Shown piece by piece: positions 24,866 to 37,465 of a stretch of DNA of 64,000 nucleotides. Within the stretch, counting starts at the first letter, position 1; each line of letters opens with the position of its first letter. The position numbers were made by a program, and so were the translations under genes. This stretch comes from Pseudovirgaria hyperparasitica (Eukaryota), in NCBI GenBank assembly GCA_010093815.1, contig ML996568.1, one strand, 5' to 3'. Below the pieces are notes generated by a model, which was given only the letters and a program-made list of their open reading frames with translations, ran no database searches and was not told the DNA's origin.

Positions 24866-27800
24866 CACACAATGTTTGATAGCAGCATCATCCATCTCCA
24901 GATTTTTTTTTCATGCAGCCCGCTTCCTCAAGCTAGACAAGGGTTCTTGGGCATGAGAATGATTGAATTGTCTGGTAGGCCTTAGATCCATCGATAACGC
25001 CTAAGCGGCTGGCGGAGAATTTCTCAAACTACGCACCCGCGTCTTCGCGTCTTCGTGTCTTCGAGGGGGATCAAAGATGCGGAGAAGCTCTCTAGTCGAC
25101 CAGAATTGCAACCTCCCGGCATCTCATCTCATCGCATCTTGAACTACTACGCCAGGCGGGCAGGCACAGACGCACCGGCCCAGCGCATCATGGCACGATA
25201 GAGGAAGCGTCGCACTATCTGTGCTCGTCCGCCTCGCACACGACTCTGATCGATCAGTGAGGCCATGCGATCATACCTATCGAGTCTGTGGGGCGAATCG
25301 GCCAATATTTCATGGGTCAATTTTTTTACTCTCCTTTTCGCACCAGACCCTTCCGAGGTTGGTGACACTTCACGCGTCCACAACGGTGCTGAGCAGTCTG
25401 AACCTCATGCGAAGGAAGATCACGCTACTTCTCCCGTGGAGGAGCATGAGCATCACTTTTGCGAAGGATTAGCGACCCAGCTTTACTCTTGCACCGCACC
25501 ACTAAGGTGTCGCTGTATTCGAATGTCACCACATGTCGTCTTTCCATTAAACTTTAACGGCCGACGGGTAAGAGGCTCGTCGGGCACGAGAGACGCGTCC
25601 ACAAGGTTCAGGGTCACAACACGTTCTGCAGAGGATTCGCTGCGCGAAGTCTCAATGCTATCGAAAATATGCAGTGTCATTTGCTGACATCTCCTTATCT
25701 CAGGAGAACAATAAAGTATCGGCTCTAAGTTCTCAGAACTGACTTACCACGCAGACAACATGGCTACCATTGCCTTGCGATGCACTCTAATCTGGCATAT
25801 AACAAAACCCGTCCTTTTTGACTGGCAGAAAAACTCTTATTGCCTAATCGACACGCACGGGTGCAGTCGGTCCTTCTTAAACCCTGGCCTGCGAGATGGC
25901 TACCACTGCCGGCAGGGGACCCTGTGTCAAAAAATAAGCTTCAGTCAGACCGTCCCGTCAACCTGGCCCTCACCAGGGTGAAAATGGGGCTCTCTGCTGT
26001 TCAGGTCGATAAAGAAACCATACAATCTCGTAAGAGGTGTTTCATCTACTACAACAAAACCTTTTACGCCGACATGACTACGAAAAACTATAACTGTCTG
26101 CTTCCTACGGACATCCCCATCTGTGGGTGTCCTGGTCTTTGGGTTGGTAATTGCAACATGCAACACGCCTACTATTCGCAGAACCGTATTCCTGGTGAAC
26201 ACAATCCTGCAGGATACAGACTCATGGTCGAACGAACCAACGTACTGCAGTTATCTCCGCATCTCCCCAATCATCTTACACCAGATACGGAAACTCTGAC
26301 TGCCGCTGTTACTACATAGTAGACACATTGTAGGATCACCACACTACGCACACCTCGACTACGGAACAGCTCCATACCGGTTGCCTGGGACAGTGCATCC
26401 TCACAAATCTCAAAAAACAACCAACATTGTCCAGTGGACCATGAATTCCTCTCCGGCGATCCCGTCGGCCAAGCTTCAGGTGAACCTCGGGACATCCAAG
26501 GGCACCTATGTAATTGCAATCATAACAACAGCCTCAGCTTTCAGCCACCAAACATCAAGCTCATCGAGAAGCTATAGCCATCATACCACCCCCAGATTTC
26601 CCTGCGTCTCCTAGAGAGAAAGCTATAGCCAGTCTGCCGTCCCAGCGATCCTGGCAGACGGAAAAGCCTAGATGTGCCATGCTCCGCCAACTTCTACTTC
26701 CTGTTGTTCGACTGCTTGCACATGTAAACAAATAATAAATACTCTGCGCACTGGGAGCGAGTCACTTGAAGATGATCCTGCCTGCGCTCCGTCTTGTGTC
26801 ACTTGTCGTGCTGTGCGCGCAAAGCTTGTTTTCCCGCTGCACAACTCGCACGGGGCTGAGCGTCCATTAGAAACGTGCAGGCTCATACAATTGATAATGC
26901 ATCATCATCGGTGTTTGTTATTATTGTTATTGTTTCCTCTTTCGAAAACTGCTGTTGCAGTATCATCTCGAGATGCGTTATCAGGACAAACAATTCTCAT
27001 CTTGCGCGCGCTGCTGATATTCATCACGTGTCCCGTTTAGCTTTCCATAGCGCCAACCAGACTTTCGTGTTCATCTCACCTCATTTACCAGTGTTCGCAT
27101 GGTGGACTTTTGAGGAGCAGCACACAAGCTTCCCTTACTCAAACTCAATTCAGTTCACGAGTGTGTATGCCTGTCAGGTACCATCTACTGTTGTTGCGCA
27201 TGTCACTTTCGCATTAAGCAATGACACTCATGGTCACCTTACAATGCTTACGTTATGACCATGTAGTTCGTTTATGATACTCCTAGCTAGAGCATTAGAG
27301 CCAAGGGATCATCTGACATTCTGACACGTTTGACAGTGACACTCGCGAAGACTCTTGGTGGGCTAAGCAAATACGTAGGATCACAGCACAAAGCAAGAAC
27401 AACTGCCGCTCTCCTGCACGCCAAACAGATATAGGGATCGTCGTCTCTCTTGTCGTAGGATCCGGTTCCGAGGCGTGGAAAAAAAACAAGGGCGTACCGG
27501 AAGGACTGTGCGCTGCGCCGCGCCCGGCCGCAGGCTAAGCTTCCAGGGTCAGTCAGCGCCCACGGTTGACCAAGGCGCGGCTGCAGAGATCGGCTGTTAG
27601 ATAACCGCTGTGAGATATGCATCTCGACAGCATCGTGAAAGGGCTGTGGATGGTGAATGCGGTATCTTGAGCTACTAGGCTACTACGTGCGAAGAGGCGG
27701 AAATGTTTGGGTCGTGTCTATTGCTTCTGGCTCCCTATCACGGTCGGTGCATGTAGCCAAGAATTGGCTCTCCAGTGTCAGCTGGGCAGCGTGAGCCATG

Positions 27801-28372
27801 GTACAGAGCCACTCGTGTTCTCTCTCGTGTTCGTATCGCGGACGAGGCGTCTGTAACACGGCAGGCACCGTTCTTGGAGGCCTTTGAAAGGTCCTGGAAT
27901 CACGGAGAAAAAGTGATCGTGGCTAGAAGCAGCAGGTAAACTATAAACCAGACTCTATTACGTTCGCATTTGAGGACGGAAGAGGAGGTTTGGTTTCTAG
28001 ACTAGTTGCCGCATCGGAGGAATTGCAGGGTCTTCGGAAGAGGGGGACATAGGGCCTTTGTATTTGGTTGAGTGGTTGCCGCGTGCCTCGCGGCGTCCGA
28101 GTCGAAAGTCTGGTTCACGGACAGGGGGTGAACGTGGACTCGGGAGCGGAGTCGGGTACCGTTGATTGAAGACACGGTCAAAGCCGTTGCGCTGGGGAGA
28201 TTTCTTCGGAACAGAGTGCGGAGAGATGTCTCCATCGCTATAGGTTTCTCCGGATAGCCATTCTGAGAACAGATGGGCATCGGCTGCAAATTTTGGCTCG
28301 ACTACTGAGTCTTCTAGATCGTTCGTGTGGGATTTGCCGTTCGATGTACGGTAATCGTTCTTAACACAATGA

Positions 28373-28374
<2 letters not shown>

Positions 28375-28424
<50 letters not shown>
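28375..28424 (+). repeat. (TC)25 microsatellite
   Basis: Direct reading. Confidence 0.97.
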
Positions 28425-28431
<7 letters not shown>

Positions 28432-30130
28432 GGCGTTCAAGGTGTAGAGAAGATGTAATCGAAACTGTGGAGATGTGCAATAGCGAACATGCTGCTCTGT
28501 CGGCGCTGAATTGGCAGTCATTCAGTGAGAGAAAGATGAAGAGTCAGTCTAGGCTGGACACAGAGGTGATAACAGCAGAACGGTCGAAGACATGGGTATA
28601 TGTCGTGACTACCAATTTGCATGTGCTGGAGCTTGTCTGATTCACCCAACTGACCTTTTTGAAGCGAAACGATGAGCTTCGGTCGGCGGCTGCAAGAGTC
28701 GCACGTCGGTCGATCGTCCAAAGATGATACCAAGGTGAGACAGGGGCCAAGACGTGCACCTGCGGCTGCGGGCGAGCCTATCCGGGTGTTTGCCCACATC
28801 GCTCGCTCGACGAAACCCTGGGAAAAACAGGATGACCTTTAATCTTAGATGCATAGTGGACTTGACCATCATTAGGCATCCTATACCGCGATAATGAGAT
28901 GGTCTTTCGGCGGCTTAGATCAGAACAAAGCTTGGTATTCGGATATGTTTTTCGAAGCAACAAACGACTTCGATTATAATGTTTGGGCGAGAGTCAACAA
29001 CGTTGCGTGATACCACTATTAATTAGTGGACCATGGCGATTCCCTGAAGATACTTGAGTCGCACAAACAAAGCCGTGCTGGCGTCTTCGATATTGACAAC
29101 TTAGATACTATTTACACGCCCATAGCCTCCAGATGCTGGTCGACGATCTGTACCGGTGGACAGTTCTTGAGTGACGTCGAGACTCTAGACTACTCCGTGT
29201 GGCGTTCCGTAATGCTCTCATGAACGTGGAGACATGGTCAAAGCCAAGAATATTGAAGTCTGAAGACCTTGCCACATAGAGAGGCTTCTTGCAGGATTTG
29301 TCCTTAAAGACCCCACTGGACCGGGCAGCGTTTAGTGGCCCTGCATATGTCTGATATGCATAGAAGAGGACTTCTTTTGACAAACGACACTCAAAACGCA
29401 TGAATATGAGCTCCCAATCTGAAGAGCCGATGCATCGTCGAGACAGGCGAGCTGTCAGGTCGATGATGAGCTTTGGGATGGGTGTGTGTTGTGGCGGATG
29501 CTTGATGCAACGTCTAAGACTGCAAGGAAATGAGTGCTCATTGGCGAGGACACGGCTGAACGTCGGAGAGGCATTTGGGCACTTTTGATTGGTTATAACT
29601 GCTTACTCTCAAACTCCGTGAGTCTCAGGCCCATCTCAGCATCAAACCGATACCGTTTCCATACACAACACCTGGAAAGTTCTGCTGCCGACCTGCCTTG
29701 CTCAGATAGGCGTAGTCATCTCACTCCGAGCGGCTCTGGTACGACTAACGGTTGTTCTGTGTATCAATGTCTTAACGATCCTCATGAAATGGTAGCTGAG
29801 ACAATATGGCCCTCACATCGGGTTTCATAGGCCAAGCATCGGCTTGGGGTGCTATAGAGGTGTGTAGAACGTCAAGTATCGCCAAGGTAAACTTAAGTAG
29901 GTCGGCTGCCTATTACAAGAGCTTCTGTTTTTCATTCTCTTTTTCAACGGTCAATTCGAAGGACTTCCTCCGTCGGCGGTCACATTCCTTTCCTTGCTTG
30001 ATCTTCTTCTTCGATCAGATTGCGTTGAACGTGTCTGTGTCTGATACTTGTATAATCCCCCGCTAGCCGGAAATACCTTCGTTTTTGACCATTCTTCCTG
30101 CTGTTACTCGTCATCTCTTGCGCCGGCATC

Positions 30131-31684
30131 ATGCAGTTCACGACAGCAATTTCTCTTATACTTCTGACGGTCAGCGTCGCTGCCCAGGATAGGGGCGGAA
30201 ATGGCAACAACAATGTATGTTACATCGAGTGAAACGAGGAAGAATGATTGTAGTAACGTGCTCAAACGGCAGAATAATAACCAGAATAACCAGAACAACC
30301 AAAACAACCAAAACAACAACAACAATAATAATAACAATAACAATAACAATAACCAAGGCAATGGAAATGCACTTCTCCTACTGGCCGACAACGTACAAGA
30401 TGCTAGTAACAGCGGAGGTGTCGGAGCCGAAGACGGCCAGGCTGATTCACAAACGTCAGTACTCCGTATTCAGAGAAACCTTAACTTCTTCACCACTAAC
30501 AGCAAGCAGTGACCCAGCGAACTTCATCAACGTATGTACTGGAAAAACCAAGACAAACGGCCAGCAAGTCCAGGGAGGCTCTTGTAATGGAATTCGTACG
30601 TTAAAGGCAATCTGATATATGGGCTTTGCTGACTTCTATAAAGCCATGGGAGATATACCGTCCACCGCGAACATGGTTTCAGGCGTCATCGTCAGCCCTC
30701 AGAATGGAGAGGATATTGCCGCAGACACAGACATTACATTCTCCGCACAAATCCAGGGCCTCGTGCCAGGCTCTTTCACAAACCCTGACGATACATACTA
30801 TGCTGCTCCACAAGCTCTTCAGGGTGGTAAGATAGTCGGTCACACTCATATCACGGTTCAAGACCTCGGGAACGATGCAAACCCGCAGACACCTCCAGAT
30901 CCGACAAAGTTTGCTTTCTTCAAGGGTATCAATGATGAGGGTAATGGCAACGGTCTTCTGAGTGCCACTGCTGTTGGCGGTCTCCCTGCTGGCAACTACC
31001 GTGCATGTACCATGACATCGGCGTCTAACCATCAAGTACGTGCCCAAATACCGCGCTGCCTTATGCTCCATATTGACTATAATTTAGGCTGTTATCATGC
31101 CAGTCGCCCAAAGAGGCTCTCAGGACGATTGCATTCGTTTCAGCGTTGGAGGCGCCAATGCTGGTAACAATAATAACAACAATGGTCAAAATGCAAACAA
31201 TGGCCAGAATGCAAACAACGGTCAAAATGGTAACAACAACGATCAAAATGCAAACAACAACGGTCAGAATGGAAACAACAACGGCCAAAACGCGAACGAT
31301 GGTCAGAATGCAGACCAAGGCCAGAATGCAGACCAGGGCCAAAATGCAGACCAGGGCCAAAATGCAGACCAAGGCCAGAATGCAGACCAAGGACAGAATG
31401 CAGATCAGGGCCAGAATGCAGACCAAGGTCAGAATGGAGGCCAAGGCCAAAATGGAGACCAAGGTCAGAATGGAGACCAAGGTCAGAATGCAGATGGCGG
31501 CCAAAACGCAGGTGATGGCCAGAACGCAAACCAAGGTCAGAACGTGAACAATGGGCAGAACAATAATGCTCAAAACCAAACAGGTCAAGGTCAAGGTCAA
31601 GACAATGGCTTTGGCGGCAACCGCTTCGGACGCGGACGCGGTCGTGGACGCGGGAGATTCTCCACTCGTCGATTCATCGCATAA
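30131..31684 (+). CDS. Secreted protein of unknown function with a Cys/His-containing core and N/Q-rich repeats (I recall this family often being mislabelled 'ribosomal protein S17' in fungal annotations)
   Basis: Signal peptide MQFTTAISLILLTVSVAA. Introns ~30215-30272, 30455-30509, ~30597-30663 and 31036-31087 keep the frame. Core NFINVC..TNGQQ..GSCNGIPMGDIP..GSFTN..YYAAPQ..GHTH..FFKGIND..CTMTSASNHQ..MPVAQRGSQDDC. Confidence 0.88.
31180..31565 (+). repeat. Coding 18-bp tandem repeat (GQNADQ/GQNANN hexapeptides)
   Basis: GGCCAGAATGCAGACCAA-like units with synonymous variation; about 20 GQN-xxx units. Confidence 0.9.
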
Positions 31685-32490
31685 GCGGAGAGGAATACCG
31701 AGTGACCGGTGGGAGCTACTGTTAATGAGAGCAGGAGCCATATTTGAAAAAGGTTGTTGAGATAGAATCGAAGGGGTTACATATGTCATGGGATCGCATG
31801 GGGAAAGCGGCGGAATGCTTGCATGAAAGCATTGTTTCTGGGCCATGCTCTTGGCATTGTCTGTGGTCTGTCCCACTGACAATGTATGTATGAATACAAT
31901 GAACACAATGTAGCTGTATATACCAAGTCCGGGTGCATCTTAAGTGACAATGCTGTTGAGACTTGGGTCGATCTTTACGTGAGACTTTGTGCTCTGAGCG
32001 TAGCGCTGGTCAACAAGGGGATGATGATACGGAATGGGTAATTGCAACATTGCAACAATTCGGCCGTCCAAGCACGTACTTCCACTCCAAATGGCTGATC
32101 CTTGAAATCTCTTTCGACTCCTTTGTGTACTGGGAGCCTCGACCATATTTACACTGATCTGACAAATTCAACTTCCCAGCTTTGAGGACCTCCGTCTATC
32201 AGATCATTCGACTCTGTCATATTTCACTGAATGCTGATATACGACTAGCAAGACACTTTCAGAATTTTCTCTATCTAAACTTCCCATGATGTTCTGTGCG
32301 ACTTTTGGATTGGCAAGCTCGTTCCTGGCGTGGAGAATCATGTATCATATTTCTAGCTTAGCTCAAGTATTTCATAAAGGCATTCTATAAAATTGCTTTG
32401 CACAGTATACTGGCAGTGGGCAAAGGTCACAAGATGAGGCGTATTTACAGTGGCTTTAGTATGTGTATCATGGTAACATGGACTACCAAG

Positions 32491-35176
32491 TCACTGCTCC
32501 TCTACGGCTTCCTCACTTGCCCCTGCTAGCACCTTCCCAATAATATCACAGCCCTTCCTAATGGCTCCTCTCTCCTTCCTTCCACTCACAATCTCTCCTT
32601 TCCGAACCACCTCACCCACGAAATACTGCAATCCACTCGCCAGGCCTGGCGTCTGCCTAACCTCCGTAAAGACTTCCTTCAACACCTTATGTTCCCCAGT
32701 CTTCTCTTTACCAATTTTCGCTGCCTCTTGAATGACGGTCACGAGAAGTACTTCTACAAACGAACTTAGCTTCGGCTCCAAGTACGGGAATTCGATAGTT
32801 TTAAGACATGTCAAGGGCAGTGCTTGTGTGGCAATCAGCGAGCCGTATGTCTTAGCGAAGTTCACAATCCGTGGCATGTCAAGCACATCACCACCTTCAT
32901 CGGCTTCAGCATCGTCATGATCATCTTCGTCCACACTCATTCTCTTCACCAAGTCCCACAGCGCAAACTGAAACGCCATACGTATGCGATGCGTAGCACA
33001 GAGTTTTCGCGCGACGATAGTGTAGAACGGGTTGTAGGCTGTCTCCCCTCCCGCGCACGCGAGAAGTACGCGAGGAATCTCGGGCTCTTGGGCACGCTTG
33101 AGACGTAGCTTAAGCAGACGCGTGTGTGCATCTTTGTAGTCTGCGGCGGACATTATAGACGTGAAGATGGCACGGCGAATGGATGTGTTCATGCGCAGGG
33201 CGCGGGCGAGAGTTGGGAGGTCGGATGGGGTTGTATCGCAATCAGTTGTGGTCAGGTCGGCGGGAAGATCGAGTGTCAATGGCTTGGTTTTAGATTTGGA
33301 AGATGATGACAGGGTATCTTCGGTTGAGGTGGATGTGGGAGTAGCCGCGCTGTCATTCCCCTTCCAGCTTGCGCCAACAAGCCACCATTTGCCCTTCTTG
33401 TCTGTGTTGCGTATATCTGACAAGCCGATGCGGAGCGGCTCAGTGGCTTTGATAGACCTTGTGTTAAGTGCGCCAAGTTGTTTCTTCATGCGTGTAGTGT
33501 GTTCTGCGGTGATGCTGGAGGCTGTTAGGCCGGTCTTCATGCGATTATTTTTGAGATTGTTGATGGTCTCGATCATGAACTTTGTCCGTACGGGTAAATT
33601 GGCTTCCCCGGCTTCCGACACTGATTTTTGAAGTAGGAGAACAATATGTTTCAGCGCTGAGGGGTCGTCTTGTCGGAGCTGATGGCCCGACAGCTTGACC
33701 ATGCGCAGTATAAGCTCGGTATGGAGGTCAGTAAGCTGGGAGAGAAAATCCCGGAGATAGTCGAAAATGATGTTGCTGCCAATCACTTGAAAATTATAAA
33801 GCTCCGACATGAGTGAAATAAGATTGGAAGGTTCTTTCCCTGTCTCGGGAGTATTGGCGTTGTTTCGGTAGGACTTATCAAATTCGGCAACGAGTCTTTC
33901 CACGAGCTGTGCTCCAAAATCCGTACCGACGACTTTGTATACAGCTGTGATGAAGCCAGCATGAAGAATTAGGAAGGTATCATTGAGAGTGGTGCGATCG
34001 CATATAAGTGTAAGTAGGAGATCGATGAGCGTGGTGGTAACATATTGCCGCGCATTGTTGAGGTATACGTTCTCGATGTCTTTGAGAATCGTAGGGAGGT
34101 TGGCTTCAGAAAGACGGTTCAGTAGACCTTGAACTTGGCGACGAAGCTGGGTAAGGGACTCTGCCTCGGACGAAGGAGGTTTGCGTAGAGAAGGGGGAAC
34201 ATATTTCTCTGACGAGAGAGTGGCGGAGACTTGTACGGGTGCAACATAAGGGTTTTCTCGTGGTTTTCGTTGGGCCTCAGGTTCATCTGATGTCTCTGAA
34301 TCAAAGCCTGAAAAGTCGTCATCCACAGCGCTATCTTCAAGCTGTTCTTCTGTGTCAGGCTCTTCTGAGCTGTGCTCAGAGTCAATGGATTCGTCCGAAT
34401 CAGCCTCCTCTTCGAACTTGGACTTTTTTGCTTTAATCTTAGCATTTACCTTGCGCTTCTTCTTCTCAGATTCAGCTTTTCGTCTCTTGCTGGCGAGCCA
34501 TTCCTCGTCTTCAGTGCTGCGCTTTCTCTTCGAAGGCTGGGTGTCGCTGTCGCTACCACCGAGTCCTTCTAGAATAAAGTCGAGCCCATCGTCATCTTCC
34601 CCATTCTGTGCCTTCTTCCCTCTGTTCCCAAGTTTTCTCTCAAGGGCAGCAATTTCAGCATCCTCCTCTTCCAGTCGCCGCTTCGTCGAGTTTGGTATGT
34701 CCGGACGAGAAACCACTTTCTCGCATTCGGACTCCGACTCCGACTCCGACTCTGACCTGGATCCTGTTGACCGCGTACTACCTTCCTCCTGCTCTGTCTC
34801 ATCTTCGCTATCAGTATGTCGTGTTGGAGCTTTCGTGATCTTCAGTATTGATTTAGGTTTGCTATTCGTCGCTACATGTGGAGGATTTCGGACTCGAGGA
34901 GGTGCATCGTCTAGGGATGACTCCTCTTCTGGGCTGGCAAATCTTTTTGGCGTGGGCTTTGGTAGCCTCTTAATTTGTTTCTTCTGCACACGTTCTGCTT
35001 GCCGTTTTGCCTTACGTCCGTTTGCTCCTTGGTAATTTTGCCTATTACGACCTGAACCAGCAAAGACTATAAACAGTCAATAAACATTCACGATAATTGA
35101 TCAGTACCATCACACCTCCGACTTGTTGCAAAAGCTCTGCCGGCAGCTTAGGGCCGTCAAATTGGCGTTGGCGCAT
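32491..35176 (-). CDS. SGD1: Sgd1/NOM1 nucleolar MIF4G-MA3 protein
   Basis: Exon 1 MRQRQFDGPKLPAELLQQVG, intron ~35115-35067. Then EIAALERKLG, KYVPPSLR, GLLNRLSEAN (MIF4G), GKWWLVGASW, RMNTSIRRAIF and YNPFY (MA3). Confidence 0.92.
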
Positions 35177-35350
35177 TGCGATGTGAAGTGTCAAAAGGTC
35201 TCAGAAAAAAGTTCGGAGGTCTCGCCCAACTCCGCAAGCGACTCCCTCATTCCGCCCCACCAACCGACCGCCTCTGACGATAGTAGCAGCCAACGCGTAC
35301 AGATCTAGTGCAGCACTTTGACCTTGGTGTGAGCACGATCAGTTGAGAGT

Positions 35351-35897
35351 ATGGCGAGCATACATATGAGTAATGAAGAGGTGTGGAAGTCTAGCGTGAT
35401 AGTCCATCTTGCAACAGTGCTGATCCAAGACAGTTCTTCACGAGACTGGCAGAGCTCTTCGATTCGAGACGTAATAAAGGGCATGGCACAGTCTTCCTGA
35501 CACAAAAGCGCTGTATGTACTGAACGTGATATGTGTAATGGATGAAGTCTAACACATCATAGTAACATACGCTTTCGACGACGAAACAGACTTTCCCCCA
35601 TCAGCCGAAAAGGTCAGCGATGACCCGCTATGGGACTTGCATCCGCCGCACCCTGTCCCGGTTCTCATTAGAGCAACAGATGGAGCATCTAAGGAAAAGA
35701 GAAGAGATCGAAAGAAAGATGACAAGGTCAAATTGTCAACGATAGTGCAACCAGATGCGCTGGACAGTTTCTATGTGCGGTATGCAGAGATTTGCAAGAC
35801 GGGAATGTCTGCATTGAAGAAGAGAGATCGAAGCAAGAGAAAGAAGGTGGCGAAGAAGAAGAAGGCCGGAGGTGTGGATGATGGCAACAAGGCATAA
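35351..35897 (+). CDS. SRP14: Signal recognition particle 14 kDa subunit
   Basis: MASIHMSNEE|FFTRLAELF..GTVFLTQKR|L..VLIRATDG..KLSTIV..FYVRYAEICKTGMSALKKRDR; two introns. Confidence 0.92.
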
Positions 35898-36140
35898 AAC
35901 TCTGAGGCATTCACAAACATCGCCAAAGCAAAGCGATGCATATCGTGCTAGCCTTGCTCGAAATGCAATACTGAAGTGCTTCGAGATAGTGCAAACTATT
36001 CACTTCGAGGAAAATGGTCGGAGATTATACATGGACGCCAAAAAGATTCTATGTATGACTCGCCCTAGCATATTGCCTGATATATAGGAGCTCTAATACC
36101 CGTCGAAACTAGTAAGCGGAAATGGCGAGCAGAACCACCA

Positions 36141-36817
36141 TCAAGCTTTACTTTTCAAGAACCTTCTTAACAGAGCTAAGTTAACCGGGAGCGGCTCACC
36201 CATCCAAGTCGCAAGTTGCGAGTGGTCGCGGATGTCGTCTCCAGTGTTTGGATGAACAAGAGCTGATAGTGGACCACGGTTGATTACCAGCCACGGCACG
36301 AAAGCACCAAACTGCTCTGATCTGCAATCAGCAACTGTCAAGTAAGACTTAAGCTGTGACATATCTACCAGGTGTGAAGAGGTTTACTTCGAACATGCCG
36401 GTGTAATGTGGTCCGATGGGCTTGTCCCATGGCTGATATATCCTCAGTTCCGGAACTGATTCAAATTTAGTGATATACGTGGAAATTTTGGAGAACACAC
36501 ATTCACGCCTTATCCTTTCCCACAGTTCTTTCGCGAACTTGGTCTGTCCTTCATCACTCTGGAGAAAGTAAATATGAACATCAAAACCTCCACGCACTCC
36601 GTTGTCTATGGGAGAAGTGAATTCTGAATATGCTTTGCTCTTGACTCCAGTCTGCGGATTCTTGAACGATTTACCATCATCGTTTCGCTCACTGTGACTA
36701 TTGTCAGAATTACTGATGTATGAACATGCAATCATGTTCAACGTACTCTGGAAGAGCAGGAAGATTTTGGTATCCCTCCAGGGGAGAGGGGTAGGTGTAT
36801 AGACTCGGGTCACTCAT
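36141..36817 (-). CDS. DOPA 4,5-dioxygenase family protein
   Basis: MSDPSLYTYPSPL.., GFDVHIYF, ERIRREFPELRIY, PIGPH..MFEV, FVPWLVINRGPLSALVHPNT..DH..WMGEP; three introns. Confidence 0.9.
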
Positions 36818-37376
36818 TGTGTATAGCTGATAGAACTAATGCTGAACGAGATGTTGTCTGGCAGGATTCGTGGTACTCTTGGTGACTATTATGTGCGAGC
36901 AAAGACCCGTGCGTTACTCGGTTTGTCAGCGGAATTAGGAAGATCTTGCCCTGGTGGGATGTGTTCAGAAGTAGTCAGGGCAATCTTCGACTACAATAAC
37001 AACGTTGGATGACATCTGGAGACCGGCGTCGTGGTTTGTCAGGCAGTCGGCCACAAAATGCGCCCGGTTATGCGTTGGCCTTAATAATTGCGAAGCATTC
37101 CTGGAAAATCACGCGTCCAAAGTAGCATCTGAAGTAGCTTTATTACACTCATATTGCGCCGGTCCATTGACGTCTGACGGAATATCACAGCTAAGCAAGG
37201 ACATACCCTTTAGACAAGGCTGCGATTTGCAAGACCATTGAGACCTCAAGGTCTTGATATTTGTACCCTTTCCTTTAAATTGGAAATATCCACCAGTTTT
37301 GCGTGGGTTGGGCACCAAAACTAGGGTTTTATGCCTTACAGCCTTACGTGCAGTGTGCCCCTCGTTCCAGAAATTA

Positions 37377-37404
37377 TGACTCCGCAAACGGTCTGTGTGT
37401 GTCA
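37377..37404. promoter_or_regulatory. Possible Gcn4/CpcA response elements upstream of AsnRS
   Basis: TGACTC at 37377 and TGTGTCA (TGACACA on the minus strand) near 37398, both within 90 bp of the ATG. The motifs are short and could be chance. Confidence 0.3.
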
Positions 37405-37465
37405 TTTGCGCCCACGGCTATAAGTCAATTGACCTGGACCAGGTTTGACTTCCACTACATACACC

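Noticed and set aside
28544..28963. Two in-frame ORFs separated by one TAG (possible A-to-I editing target)
   Set aside because: No protein family signal or evidence of coding; chance is likely.
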